DNA of 64,000 nucleotides, from the IMG/VR virus record IMGVR_UViG_3300010352_002811, positions 30,444 through 94,443 of that record; one strand, 5' to 3'. Positions 29,410 to 39,374 of this stretch are shown one piece after another (positions within the stretch are counted from its first letter, which is position 1; the number at the start of each line of letters is the position of its first letter). Source of the stretch: a virus. Its lineage: Duplodnaviria; Caudoviricetes. The notes under the pieces were generated by a model. That model ran no database searches. It was not told the DNA's origin and saw nothing but the letters and a program-made list of their open reading frames with translations. Made by a program: the position numbers and the translations under genes.

Positions 29410-30199
29410 AGGAATTAAATATCTCACAGGAACAAACCAAATATCTGATAAAGAGTTTGTTAAGTTTCTTCTAAGCATTCCTGAAAAAAAATTAACAAAT
29501 CAAAATTCTTCAATCTCAGAAAAGCTTGATGGATTTGGATTTCGTTTTGGATATGATGGAAGATTTTTTGTAGAATCGTCTCGTTCAGGCCCCGTGTATG
29601 AATCAGGAGTGTTTAATTCTTATACCGAAAAGAAATTTGGAAAAAAGAACGCCATTTCTGAGGCGTATGAATCTCTGTTTGAAAATCTTGGAAGAAATGA
29701 GAAAATCCAAGAAATATTGAAAAATCATCAGAATGAAAAACTTGTCTGCGAATGCTTGTATACAAATCTTGGAACGGTTGACCAAGAACGAATTAGATTT
29801 GTAAAAACTTGGTATGATATTGATAAACTTGGAACATTCGCTACATTCGGGTTTATCAAAATTGTGGATGAAAACGGAAACGAAATCCAATCAAACATTT
29901 TCCAACAGCTTCAAAATATAAGTGATGACAACATAAAATTTGTAGATTCGACACTAAAAGAATATGATATTTGTCTTAATTGTGAGTTGAAAGAGTTTGA
30001 CAATATTTTAGAAACGTATGGTAGACAAACAATTCTTTCGATGCTACAATCAAAGAAGAAAGCTAGCTGCCTGACACAGTTGGATTCGGTTAGAAAAATG
30101 GTTGAATGGAAGCTGAAACAAATGCTGAAATCTGGAATTCTTGGAGATGTTGAAGGATTCGTAGTTAAGAAAGATGACACAATTTTCAAAATACTATGA
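29390..30199 (+). CDS. ATP-dependent ligase-like (RNA ligase-type) nucleotidyltransferase
   Basis: SEKLDG (motif I KxDG), VCECLY, EGFVVK..FK (motifs IV/V). Confidence 0.6.
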   Translation: MEQTKRKGIKYLTGTNQISDKEFVKFLLSIPEKKLTNQNSSISEKLDGFGFRFGYDGRFFVESSRSGPVYESGVFNSYTEKKFGKKNAISEAYESLFENLGRNEKIQEILKNHQNEKLVCECLYTNLGTVDQERIRFVKTWYDIDKLGTFATFGFIKIVDENGNEIQSNIFQQLQNISDDNIKFVDSTLKEYDICLNCELKEFDNILETYGRQTILSMLQSKKKASCLTQLDSVRKMVEWKLKQMLKSGILGDVEGFVVKKDDTIFKIL

Positions 30200-30333
30200 A
30201 AATAAAACTAAAGATTGAAAAATTAATTTATACAAACATTACAGGAAACTTGTTATATTATTATCAGTTTTCTAGATGGCCTTCTTGGTCGCAAACCGGA
30301 AGGATTCGTCGTAACAAATTTAATATAGGCTAA
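30196..30333 (+). CDS. MK(I/V)-family small basic protein (45 aa)
   Basis: Manual translation MKIKLKIEKLIYTNITGNLLYYYQFSRWPSWSQTGRIRRNKFNIG; ATGA overlap. Confidence 0.5.
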   Translation: MKIKLKIEKLIYTNITGNLLYYYQFSRWPSWSQTGRIRRNKFNIG

Positions 30334-30338
30334 TTCAA

Positions 30339-30494
30339 ATGAAAATACAATTTCATATAGTTTCTTCACAAACTTATTTCTCATTAAGTTCTACAAATTT
30401 TAGAATATACTAAAGATATTACTTTACCCGTGATAGATGTAACCGGCGCAGGTATTCATTCAACACATTAAAAAGAATTAGAAAATATGCTTAA
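30339..30494 (+). pseudogene. MK(I/V)-family gene with internal TAA
   Basis: MKIQFHIVSSQTYFSLSSTNFRIY*RYYFTRDRCNRRRYSFNTLKRIRKYA*; TAA at 30411; end overlaps next ATG. Confidence 0.45.
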
Positions 30495-31008
30495 ATTAAA
30501 CGAAAATAAAAAAATATATTGTATTTCTGATACACATTTCTATCATCAGCGTATATTGGAATTCTGTTCTCGTCCATTTTCAGATTACAATGAGATGAAC
30601 AAAGTATTATTCGAAAATTGGAATAATACTGTAACAGATGATGATATTGTTTTATTTCTTGGAGACTTTGTTGTAGGTTCTTCTCAATACGGAATTCCTA
30701 AGAGACAAGCATCAGAAACCATTTACAAGAACTTGGCTGGAGAAAAATACTTCATTCTTGGAAACCATGATGACAAGAGATGTTCAATGTTTCTCCCTGA
30801 ACTTGTGGAGACGTTTGAATATCGCGGGAATTCTTTTACAATTTCTCACCATCCTCTTGATTTGTTTGCTACTGATTATTTAATTCACGGGCATATTCAC
30901 AACTCTCCACATGAAATCAGAGAAAACAAACGAGCTTTTAATGTTGGTGTGGAAGATATTGAATATAAACCAATTCTCTTGGATGAGATTTTGGAGAGAA
31001 TTGGATGA
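30487..31008 (+). CDS. Calcineurin-like metallophosphoesterase
   Basis: SDTHF, LGDF, GNHD, HHP, IHGHIH, NVGVE. Confidence 0.9.
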   Translation: MLKLNENKKIYCISDTHFYHQRILEFCSRPFSDYNEMNKVLFENWNNTVTDDDIVLFLGDFVVGSSQYGIPKRQASETIYKNLAGEKYFILGNHDDKRCSMFLPELVETFEYRGNSFTISHHPLDLFATDYLIHGHIHNSPHEIRENKRAFNVGVEDIEYKPILLDEILERIG

Positions 31009-31172
31009 CAAGAGAACAACGATATGAATATATTCGATGGAGCAATAACATTCGAATATCAAAACAGGGAAATAAAATTGTTTTCAAATGTAAGACTGTT
31101 GCGGATTTCGTAAAAGATGACATTTCTGCTTTTATGAATAAATGGATGATATCACGAAAGGAAACTAATTGA
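31005..31172 (+). CDS. 55-aa hypothetical protein absent from the ORF track
   Basis: MTREQRYEYIRW...RKETN; overlaps both neighbours. Confidence 0.45.
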   Translation: MTREQRYEYIRWSNNIRISKQGNKIVFKCKTVADFVKDDISAFMNKWMISRKETN

Positions 31173-32293
31173 AAAAAGGATTATATTACGAGAAATCAAA
31201 TGTCAAGGGAATGGGATGTCTATATTATTATTTTGGGCAATCCTCGAATGTCGAAAAGTTAGGTGAACGAGGTCTTTCACATTACGCAGAGCATCTAATT
31301 TGTAAGTCGTTTGACCATCTACTCCCAAAGATTAAGGCTCTTGGGATTTCATACAATGCTGCTACATATGATAATTTTGTCATTTTTTATTGGCACGGAC
31401 TTGATGAAAATTTGAAAATGCTTGAACCTGAGTTGAAGAATATTTTGTCATTTACTCCAACAAAGGAACAATTCGAATCTGAGAGAAATATCATTCTTCA
31501 GGAATATGCTGAGAACTTTTCTGACCAAGGGTCTATTTGGGATAACATTAAACGCAAGTATTTCAATTATTACAGTCCAATTGGCGCAAAATCCGATATT
31601 GAGAACGTGACATATGAGAAGATGTTGAAGTTCCTGGAACGTTTCAAGAACCCAACATCAATCATTCGAATCACCAGCAATAGTAAGAAGAATGTCAAAG
31701 CGATGTATTCTGATGTTAAGTTTAAGAATGAAATGAAACATGCGAATCCTGGAAAGACTGAGTTTGTTCAAGAAGGAGATTCAACATTTCCAAAGTCAGG
31801 AATGATGGCTGAATGGCTTGATATTACGAACAAGATGGATGTGTGTGAATTGAATTTTCTATCAATAATGTTATCTTCTGGTCTTGATACTCCATTTTAT
31901 CAAGAAATCAGAGAAAAACGAGGACTTTGTTATAGTTTAGGTTCGTTTTGTATTGAATTTCAAGGAAAGAGTCTTTGGTATTTTATTGCCAATACGACTT
32001 CCGAAAATGTATCCGAAATTCAAAATGTTGTTTATGATATGTTGAGAAATCCAGAAGTATACATTACACGAGATTTGTTTGATTATACATTAGAATCTCA
32101 AAAGAATATTATAATAAAGACAAATATTTTGAACTATCAATTTGGAAATATTATTCAGATTATTGAAGAACATAAGGCTGAAAAGGTTATTAACACTATT
32201 ACATACGAAAGAATCCTTGAAATTGCCAATATGCTGAAGAATGAAATCCCAAACATTCATTCTGCTTCATATGGAGAAACGATGAATTTTTGA
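31169..32293 (+). CDS. M16 (insulinase-family) peptidase
   Basis: GLSHYAEHL (HxxEH), YNAAT, ERNIILQE, EIREKRGLCY. Confidence 0.88.
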   Translation: MKKGLYYEKSNVKGMGCLYYYFGQSSNVEKLGERGLSHYAEHLICKSFDHLLPKIKALGISYNAATYDNFVIFYWHGLDENLKMLEPELKNILSFTPTKEQFESERNIILQEYAENFSDQGSIWDNIKRKYFNYYSPIGAKSDIENVTYEKMLKFLERFKNPTSIIRITSNSKKNVKAMYSDVKFKNEMKHANPGKTEFVQEGDSTFPKSGMMAEWLDITNKMDVCELNFLSIMLSSGLDTPFYQEIREKRGLCYSLGSFCIEFQGKSLWYFIANTTSENVSEIQNVVYDMLRNPEVYITRDLFDYTLESQKNIIIKTNILNYQFGNIIQIIEEHKAEKVINTITYERILEIANMLKNEIPNIHSASYGETMNF

Positions 32294-32313
32294 AAACTTA
32301 ATGAATTGATAAC

Positions 32314-32344
32314 AAGAGGGCGACCACATGGTTTCCCTCTTTTT
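32314..32344 (+). terminator. Rho-independent terminator
   Basis: AAGAGGG..ACCA/TGGT..CCCTCTTTTT. Confidence 0.65.
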
Positions 32345-32368
32345 CGCATGAATTCCAAAGGAGAAAAT

Positions 32369-32857
32369 ATGGAAACAACAATATATTTTTCGAAGATGCG
32401 AGATGGAGTCAAAATCCCATCAAAGAAAGATGAAAACGCTGGATATGATATCTATGCGAACTTTGAAGAAGATAGCATTACAATTATGCCTCATGAAACG
32501 GTAATGATTCCTACAGGCTTGGTTAGTATGTTTGATAAGGAATTTTTTGTTGAAATTATGGAGCGCGGTTCTACAGGGTCAAAGGGAATGGGTCGTCGTT
32601 GTGGTGTGATTGATTCGAATTATCGTGGAGAATGGTTTATCGCAATTACAAATCACAATACAAAAGCGTTATGTATTACTAAAGATTTGAATAAGAAAAA
32701 CAACGATTATGTAACATATTATCCATATTCAAAAGCCATTGCCCAAGCTGTTATTCTACCTGTTCCTAAGACGAATGTTGTCGAACTTGAACTTTCCGAA
32801 CTTCTTTCCAACACAACTGATAGAGGAGATGGGAAGCTAGGTTCTTCTGGGAAGTAG
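32369..32857 (+). CDS. dut: Trimeric dUTPase
   Basis: AGYD, IPTG, RGS, GVIDSNYRGE, IAQ, RGDGKLGSSG; ATG 32369 behind AAGGAG. Confidence 0.93.
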   Translation: METTIYFSKMRDGVKIPSKKDENAGYDIYANFEEDSITIMPHETVMIPTGLVSMFDKEFFVEIMERGSTGSKGMGRRCGVIDSNYRGEWFIAITNHNTKALCITKDLNKKNNDYVTYYPYSKAIAQAVILPVPKTNVVELELSELLSNTTDRGDGKLGSSGK

Positions 32858-32937
32858 GTTGACTTAACGAGGCTATTCTTCCATGATAGGATTTAGTGAG
32901 GGAGAGAACAAACCCCTCAGAATAAAAGGAACCTAAC

Positions 32938-33138
32938 ATGGAATATAAGCTAATCGCAGACTCAAATTCAACCAAGCTTTCTGAGCAGGTAACACAAGCC
33001 CTTGAAGAAGGCTTCGAACTTTATGGACAGCCATTCACTCGCGATGGTTTTTACGAAGAGCGGTCTCGTGGAGAATCAAGAGGAGAGTTTAATTATCGTC
33101 CCCTATTCTGCCAAGTTGTTGTCAAGGGGGCCAAGTAA
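32938..33138 (+). CDS. DUF1737-like small protein
   Basis: YKLI......LSEQV..AL.EGFELYGQP...FCQVVVK. Confidence 0.65.
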   Translation: MEYKLIADSNSTKLSEQVTQALEEGFELYGQPFTRDGFYEERSRGESRGEFNYRPLFCQVVVKGAK

Positions 33139-33842
33139 TGAAGTCAGTATCATTTAATAAGGAAGTGCTTTCTCTTGTAAATGAACTGGCTTCCATCAAT
33201 CAGTCAATCAAGCTTTTTAAGGATAATGGAAAGGTTGTTATTAAGACTCAGAATCCACAAGAGACAATCGCATACATTCTAACTACGGAAGATATGTCGT
33301 TTGATTTTGATGGAGATGAGATTGCGTTCTACAATTATACAGACTTCTATAAGTGGATTTCTACTCTGAATGCTACCTCTATGTCTCAGGATGATAATGG
33401 AATGCTTCAGATTGGAAATGGTCGTCAGAAGGGTCTTTATCAAACATCCGACACCGACATTGTTAAGGGTGGACGATTTGACATTGATTTTGGTGAACCT
33501 GATGCTACTCTTGTTCTTTCTGTTGATGACCTAAAGGAACTCCAGAAGCTTCGGTCGCTGGTTGCCAAGGAAGGAACTAATCTCAAGATTTCTTTCTCTG
33601 AGAAGACTGCCCACATTGAGATTTCAAGCACAGAGTCAAATAATGTTGTCGAAACAGACATTGCTCTTGAGAGGACTGTTGAGGAAGATTTCTCGCTTAG
33701 GATTTCCGATGAGTTTCTAAGCACAATTCCTACGAAGTATTCATACCGTGTTGATGTTCTTCAGGCTGGACTCGTTCGCCTTTCAATGAACAACGATATT
33801 GGTGTTGATGTTGAGATTTATATTGCGGAGGTTGAAGAATAA
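33138..33842 (+). CDS. 45: T4 gp45-like sliding clamp
   Basis: LASINQSI N-terminus, IAFYNYTDF, acidic, C-terminal YIAEVE; upstream of clamp loader. Confidence 0.75.
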   Translation: MKSVSFNKEVLSLVNELASINQSIKLFKDNGKVVIKTQNPQETIAYILTTEDMSFDFDGDEIAFYNYTDFYKWISTLNATSMSQDDNGMLQIGNGRQKGLYQTSDTDIVKGGRFDIDFGEPDATLVLSVDDLKELQKLRSLVAKEGTNLKISFSEKTAHIEISSTESNNVVETDIALERTVEEDFSLRISDEFLSTIPTKYSYRVDVLQAGLVRLSMNNDIGVDVEIYIAEVEE

Positions 33843-34429
33843 TGGAAGAAAACGAAAACTTAGAATTGTCGCAAGTTCAGTACGAAGATGATACGTATGA
33901 ACCGGGAATTGTTGAGTCTGGGGAACAGTATTCTGGAATCAAGGACACTACAGTTCTTCTAAATCCAACAACCGGAGAAACAATCGACCTTGATACACTT
34001 TCTCCATTTGAAAGAATCAAGTACGTTTCACTAAGAGAAGGTAAGACAATCAACGACCCTGATCCAAAGTGTAAGCATTGCTATGGTCGTGGATATGTAA
34101 ACATTGACGCTGTAGATAATATTCCAACTCCTTGTAAGTGTTTGTTCCGCGATTTTTATAAGCAGAATCCTCATTTTAATGTGAGTATGCCGTCTTATAA
34201 TCGCAAGGCTCGTCGGGCTATGGAACGCGCATCAAAGAAGAAGACTGTTTCAAATCCAGCACTTGAGAAGAGACAGAAGAGGATGAATGATTTGATGATT
34301 AACAAGATTCGTCAAATGCTCGCTACGGAAGCTCCTGAAAATGCTGAAATTGAACAGATTACAGAAACGGAAGTTGCTTCTGAGGTTGTGACGCCTGTTG
34401 AGCAGGAAACCAAGGAGACTGTTGAGTAA
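33842..34429 (+). CDS. Hypothetical protein with DnaJ-like Zn finger
   Basis: CKHCYGRG...PCKC; NRKARR. Confidence 0.55.
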   Translation: MEENENLELSQVQYEDDTYEPGIVESGEQYSGIKDTTVLLNPTTGETIDLDTLSPFERIKYVSLREGKTINDPDPKCKHCYGRGYVNIDAVDNIPTPCKCLFRDFYKQNPHFNVSMPSYNRKARRAMERASKKKTVSNPALEKRQKRMNDLMINKIRQMLATEAPENAEIEQITETEVASEVVTPVEQETKETVE

Positions 34430-35364
34430 TGTCAAAACAGGCTACTTATTCTCTATACACTGAAAAATACAGACCTCAGAAAATCGACCATTGTATCCTC
34501 CCAACAGAGCATAAGACAGCTTTTAAGAAGATTGTAAAGAGTGGAGATGTTCCAAATCTCCTTCTTTACTCTTCTTCTCCAGGAACAGGCAAGACCACAG
34601 TGGCGAAAGCTATTTGTGGTGAAGCTGGGGTTGATTATCTTTACATTAATGCTTCAAAAGATACAGGTATCGATGTTCTGAGAAATAAGATAACTCAGTA
34701 TGCTTCTGGAAAGTCATTGTCGGGAAAGAAAAAGGTTGTGATTCTGGATGAGGTGGATGGTTCAAACAACACACAGTTCCAAGCTGGTTTGCGAGCATTT
34801 ATTGAAGAATTTCACAATAGTTGCCGATTCATTCTGACTTGTAATTATGTGAACAAGATTATAGAGCCTCTTCGTTCTCGTTGTCAGGAATATGATTTTA
34901 ACGTAACGACAAAAGATATGAGAACTGAGATGATTCCAAAGATTGCAGATCGTCTTGAGAAGATTTTGAAAGCCGAAGATGTTACATATGAAGATGGTGT
35001 TTGTCAGAAGCTTGCTGAAACACTTTTCCCAGATATGAGGAAGATGTTGACGACGCTTCAGCAATATTCTCTATCTTCAGGGCATATTGACGAAGGAATT
35101 TTTAGGCTTGAGACAGTTGAAGAAGAATTTTATGAATATGTGCTGAACAATCAATTCTTAAAAGCTCGCCAGTTCGTGATTGATTCTGGTTATAACTTTG
35201 AAGATTTGTATATCGCATTGTATCGGAATCTTGTCCCTCGGCTTCCAAAAGAAAAACAAGGGCAGGCAATTTTGACGATAGCTGATTGGCAATATAAGGC
35301 AAGCTTCAGCGCAGATAAAGAAATCCCATTTGCGGCACTTCTTTTGGATTTGATGAACATATGA
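34429..35364 (+). CDS. 44: T4 gp44-like clamp loader ATPase subunit
   Basis: EKYRP, SPGTGKTT, ILDEVD, RFILTCN, PLRSRC. Confidence 0.95.
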   Translation: MSKQATYSLYTEKYRPQKIDHCILPTEHKTAFKKIVKSGDVPNLLLYSSSPGTGKTTVAKAICGEAGVDYLYINASKDTGIDVLRNKITQYASGKSLSGKKKVVILDEVDGSNNTQFQAGLRAFIEEFHNSCRFILTCNYVNKIIEPLRSRCQEYDFNVTTKDMRTEMIPKIADRLEKILKAEDVTYEDGVCQKLAETLFPDMRKMLTTLQQYSLSSGHIDEGIFRLETVEEEFYEYVLNNQFLKARQFVIDSGYNFEDLYIALYRNLVPRLPKEKQGQAILTIADWQYKASFSADKEIPFAALLLDLMNI

Positions 35365-35699
35365 TTAATAATTTGGATGAGTTGAAGACATATTGTAACA
35401 CCATTACAGTTCCGTTATTGAGGGCTGAAACTTTATTGGTGCCGTGGAAAGAAACAACTTCTCAATTGTTTAGCATAGTCTCGATGGCTAATTATACTAT
35501 AACGTCAATTTCGAATTATAAGTTATTCGTCGCTGGAGAATACAATATTACCATGCGAATAACGATTGATATTTTCTCAAACAAATTCAAATGGTTTGTT
35601 GACTCTCATGAAAGAGAATATGAGTTTGGAACTGAGGATTTTGAGAAAGATTTTTTGGCAGTTATAACAAATGGAGTTTATCAATGGCATCGAAAGTAA
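35361..35699 (+). CDS. Hypothetical protein
   Basis: Coupled ORF in operon. Confidence 0.5.
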   Translation: MINNLDELKTYCNTITVPLLRAETLLVPWKETTSQLFSIVSMANYTITSISNYKLFVAGEYNITMRITIDIFSNKFKWFVDSHEREYEFGTEDFEKDFLAVITNGVYQWHRK

Positions 35700-35932
35700 C
35701 AGAATATACAGGTGGTAAGAAGAGAGTTCTTGAAATTTCTCTAGCAAATGGTACAACGATGAAGCTGAAAATTGTTAAGGCTACGAAGTACGAAACAACA
35801 CTATCATCAAACACGTCTCTAAGTCTTGAGCAAAATCAGGATGGGACGTATAGAATTAGTTTTGGTTCGGGATTGCTAGGTAATTTGGATGATATTGTTT
35901 CCATCAAGTTAGTTAAGCAGGATTTCGAATGA
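35684..35932 (+). CDS. Hypothetical protein
   Basis: GGAG SD, coupled ORF. Confidence 0.55.
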   Translation: MASKVTEYTGGKKRVLEISLANGTTMKLKIVKATKYETTLSSNTSLSLEQNQDGTYRISFGSGLLGNLDDIVSIKLVKQDFE

Positions 35933-36195
35933 CCCCAGAAGAATTCCATATCTCTAAAAAAGATGGGATTTATCTATTCGCATCTTCAGAGTGTAAGAAA
36001 TGTGAACAGCAAAAAAAGCTGATGACTCATATTTCTTACACACTTATTGAATGCGAACTAGACCCTGAATTAATTTACCAAAACTACAATGTTGATTTGA
36101 TTCCAGTTGTACGTGTTTATAAGAATGGTGAGATTGTTTTTGAAAAGATATTGTCCGGAAGTGATAAGCTAGAAGAGATTTGGAGTTATGTTTAG
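35929..36195 (+). CDS. Thioredoxin-like protein
   Basis: FASSECKKC, cis-Pro IP, YKNG. Confidence 0.7.
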   Translation: MTPEEFHISKKDGIYLFASSECKKCEQQKKLMTHISYTLIECELDPELIYQNYNVDLIPVVRVYKNGEIVFEKILSGSDKLEEIWSYV

Positions 36196-36430
36196 AATTG
36201 TAGTTTGCTTCTCTCATAAGTGTCATACATGTTTTGACCATATTAAGAAACTTCAATCTTTATTTGATTTGGAATTAATTGATATGGATGAGAATCAAGA
36301 CATGTATGAGATTATGAATATTGAGAAAACCCCCACAACAATATTATACAAAAAAGAAAATGAGTTGTGGAGGAAAGAAGGAATGTTTTTTGATTCGCAA
36401 ATTAATGACATGCGAAAGATGATGAAATGA
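36188..36430 (+). CDS. Thioredoxin-like protein
   Basis: CHTC, IEKTPT..WRKEG. Confidence 0.7.
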   Translation: MFRIVVCFSHKCHTCFDHIKKLQSLFDLELIDMDENQDMYEIMNIEKTPTTILYKKENELWRKEGMFFDSQINDMRKMMK

Positions 36431-36699
36431 AAGTTAGATTTGTTGTAGATAATAAACAAACATCAAATATCAACATTATTAAAATTTGGTGCCGTCGAAA
36501 AACAGATGTTGATTTTGTTGATGTGAACGTTCCTTGTTTTATTACAGAACGAGGTGTTGCGGCTCAAGCATTTACGAGAAAATTCAGAAATATTGACGAA
36601 GTTGTTCACGAATTCCGCAGATACAAAGTTGTTTATATTTACAATCCACCATATGAAACCATAAATTTACTAATAACATTACGATACTATGGAGAATAA
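36427..36699 (+). CDS. MK(I/V)-family small basic protein
   Basis: MKVRFVV start, ATGA overlap. Confidence 0.5.
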   Translation: MKVRFVVDNKQTSNINIIKIWCRRKTDVDFVDVNVPCFITERGVAAQAFTRKFRNIDEVVHEFRRYKVVYIYNPPYETINLLITLRYYGE

Positions 36700-37036
36700 C
36701 ATGTTACAATCCCCAAAATATTACAGAGAATTAGCACTTCAAGATGAAACGATTGAAGAAACTCTGAATGAGATTTTCACTCGGCTTGTTTTGATGGAAC
36801 ATTTCCAATTTGTTTTTACTGATAACAGATTAGAAATTCCTATCAAAGTTCTTAATATTATTCAAAAAGAGAAAATTGAATATCTTGAAGCTCGGATTAA
36901 AAAGATGATGAATATATTACATAGTAAGGGATTTGTAATTAACAAATGCGAGGATGGTGAATGGGCAGTTCCGAAAATTCCGCAATATTCAATGTATCAA
37001 CCTCTAACTATTCAAAAATATTATATAGAACTATGA
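36689..37036 (+). CDS. Hypothetical protein
   Basis: Coupled ORF. Confidence 0.5.
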   Translation: MENNMLQSPKYYRELALQDETIEETLNEIFTRLVLMEHFQFVFTDNRLEIPIKVLNIIQKEKIEYLEARIKKMMNILHSKGFVINKCEDGEWAVPKIPQYSMYQPLTIQKYYIEL

Positions 37037-37401
37037 AACTTATCGTAGCATATGGCCGCCCAGGTTCAGGGAAAACCACGAAACTGAAATCTCTTCAAGG
37101 AACATATTATGATTTTGATACTCCAGATAAACGGAAAACTGTAAAAAAGTTCATAGAAGATTTACCAGATGGAACTCATATTATTGATTTTTTTCTAACT
37201 GATGTAAATGATTTTGTTGAATTTTTTTTCAAAAATCACCCAATCGCACTTTTGGAGATATATGAATTCGATACCCCAATCGAAATTTGTTTAGAAAGAG
37301 ATTTTGGTAGACGAACAAAGTCTTCAGAAGAATTAATAACAAAAATGGTTCTTGAGAAAATAAGCGAACGAGAAAACTTAACAATATACAAAGGAAATTA
37401 A
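37033..37401 (+). CDS. P-loop kinase (polynucleotide-kinase/AAA_33-like)
   Basis: MKLIVAYGRPGSGKTT, IID, TPIEICLER..R; start at ATGA overlap 37033. Confidence 0.7.
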   Translation: MKLIVAYGRPGSGKTTKLKSLQGTYYDFDTPDKRKTVKKFIEDLPDGTHIIDFFLTDVNDFVEFFFKNHPIALLEIYEFDTPIEICLERDFGRRTKSSEELITKMVLEKISERENLTIYKGN

Positions 37402-37402
37402 A

Positions 37403-37792
37403 ATGTCAAGATGGAATAACATATGTGGAAATGACGCTTTTGAGAAATTTAAGGGTAAGACAATCACAGAAGTTATCAGAGATGGAAATGAACAAATAAC
37501 ATTTAAGTGCTCTGATGGTTGGGAGTTTTATACACTTCATGTCCAAGATTGCTGCGAGTTTGTAGTTATTGACGAATCAAAAACTTCAGATTTTTCAGAT
37601 ATTATAGGACATACAGTTACATCTGTTGACGTGATTTCGGATTCGGAAGAAGATGGCTGCGGAAGTAGAACAATCACCAAATATTTTATTAATACAGATA
37701 AATCCCCTGGAGCATATATTATTACTTGGGATGGAGAATCAAATGGCTATTATTCCGAATCTCCTAAGTTTTACGGAAAGGAACCTAAATGA
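37403..37792 (+). CDS. Conserved phage hypothetical protein (QDCCE/NGYYS family)
   Basis: H.QDCCE.V and W.GESNGYYS motifs. Confidence 0.65.
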   Translation: MSRWNNICGNDAFEKFKGKTITEVIRDGNEQITFKCSDGWEFYTLHVQDCCEFVVIDESKTSDFSDIIGHTVTSVDVISDSEEDGCGSRTITKYFINTDKSPGAYIITWDGESNGYYSESPKFYGKEPK

Positions 37793-38514
37793 TTAAGTTT
37801 GTTATTGCTAGGCATGATACTGATGGATTTGATGCGTTTTTCAACAAATCAAAGTTCAAATTCAATCACCCAATTGTTCACATCACCAACGAGCATTTGA
37901 CTCAGAACAATTTACCAAATAGTATCTTTCAAAAATACAATCTCGGAATTGAATATTACCAAAACAACGGTCTTGATGATAATGATATTGTAGTATTTTG
38001 TCATGCTGATGTAACGGTTCTTGATGAAGCTTATAATGAAAAGTTGGAATACGCATTTTCAAAATTAAATATAGATGTTGCTGGAGTTATTGGAACCACG
38101 CATTTGTTTGATTCTGCTGGCTGGTGGTTGTGTGATCAGCAGTTTCATCGTGGTCATTTGATTCAGTGGCAAGATGATACGAACAAATATCACATGAATA
38201 GAGTCGCTGGCAATTTTACAGATTTGGCAGTTGTTGATGGATTGTTCATGGCAGTTCGTGGTTCTCTTTTGAAGAAGCAGAAGTTTGATGTTGAAACATT
38301 TCCAACATCTTATGATTTCTATGATTATGATTTTTGTTTAACTGCTCTTGAGAACGGTTCGAATGTTGGAGTGCTTGATATTTTGGTTGAACATAAGTCA
38401 GCAGGTATGGGAATTTTTAACGAATCTTGGAAAAATAATAAGGATATTTTTATAAACAAGTGGATTAACAAGGGGTATCAATTTCCAATTTCTGTCAATT
38501 CGTTTAAGCGATAA
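37789..38514 (+). CDS. GT2-related glycosyltransferase
   Basis: KYNLG, FCHADV, GVIG, VDGLFMA, FYDYDFC, HKSAG. Confidence 0.75.
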   Translation: MIKFVIARHDTDGFDAFFNKSKFKFNHPIVHITNEHLTQNNLPNSIFQKYNLGIEYYQNNGLDDNDIVVFCHADVTVLDEAYNEKLEYAFSKLNIDVAGVIGTTHLFDSAGWWLCDQQFHRGHLIQWQDDTNKYHMNRVAGNFTDLAVVDGLFMAVRGSLLKKQKFDVETFPTSYDFYDYDFCLTALENGSNVGVLDILVEHKSAGMGIFNESWKNNKDIFINKWINKGYQFPISVNSFKR

Positions 38515-38541
38515 ATATTAGTATATTATGAGGATTTGCTA

Positions 38542-39363
38542 GTGCTTGAATTTCTTTCGACAATCTTTGGAGCATCTAATTTAATTTCATATGTCGTTAC
38601 CCCGATTTTAATATTTGTTTTTGTTTTTATTGTTTGGGCAGTTTCAATGTTAACAAATAAACCGTTCAAGATGAATTTGGGGATAATTGATTTAAGTTTT
38701 CCTGGAAGAAAGGATAAGGCTCCAAAAGAAACTCCTGAAGTAGTTCCGCCGAATGAATCTACTCAAGCAAATCAAAATCTTTTAATATACAAGCTACAAA
38801 GTTTTATTACAGAAAAACAGAAGCAAATATTCAAAACTCAGCAAGATACTATTGTTCGTCAGATGAATTTTGTTGATGAGAAGATTGTTGAGATTCGGTC
38901 AATGTATGTGGAAGAATTTGCGAAATTGCTTAAGAGAAATAATGAGAGCCATGTTGATGTTAGAAATCACCAAGAATTCAAAAATTATAAAATGATGATA
39001 GATTTGATGCTTGAAGATATTAAACAAAAGACATTCAAGAAATCAATTAAGCAAAACCACCTTGCGGATATCACTATGGACCTTTGGGAATCATTTATTG
39101 ACCAAAAAGTTTCAGTGACACATGCTATGATTAAGGACTATTTTGATAACAACTACCCAGACGATATGAGCATTGATAGAGTTGATGTTGATGAAGCTAA
39201 TGATAGAGTTTTTGATAAATGTCGTTACCTTTTCACACTTTCATATCGCAGAGCTAGAGAAATTGCTATTGAGACGAGAGCTAGAGTTCATTATATTGAA
39301 GACGAGATTGAGAGAGAAATTAGAGACGGAAACATTCACTTCAACAAATTGGATGACGAATAG
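38542..39363 (+). CDS. Late single-TM membrane protein (holin-like candidate)
   Basis: TAAATA at 38512; GAGGA SD then GTG; hydrophobic ILIFVFVFIVWAV followed by helical soluble domain. Confidence 0.4.
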   Translation: MLEFLSTIFGASNLISYVVTPILIFVFVFIVWAVSMLTNKPFKMNLGIIDLSFPGRKDKAPKETPEVVPPNESTQANQNLLIYKLQSFITEKQKQIFKTQQDTIVRQMNFVDEKIVEIRSMYVEEFAKLLKRNNESHVDVRNHQEFKNYKMMIDLMLEDIKQKTFKKSIKQNHLADITMDLWESFIDQKVSVTHAMIKDYFDNNYPDDMSIDRVDVDEANDRVFDKCRYLFTLSYRRAREIAIETRARVHYIEDEIEREIRDGNIHFNKLDDE

Positions 39364-39374
39364 AAAGGATATTT

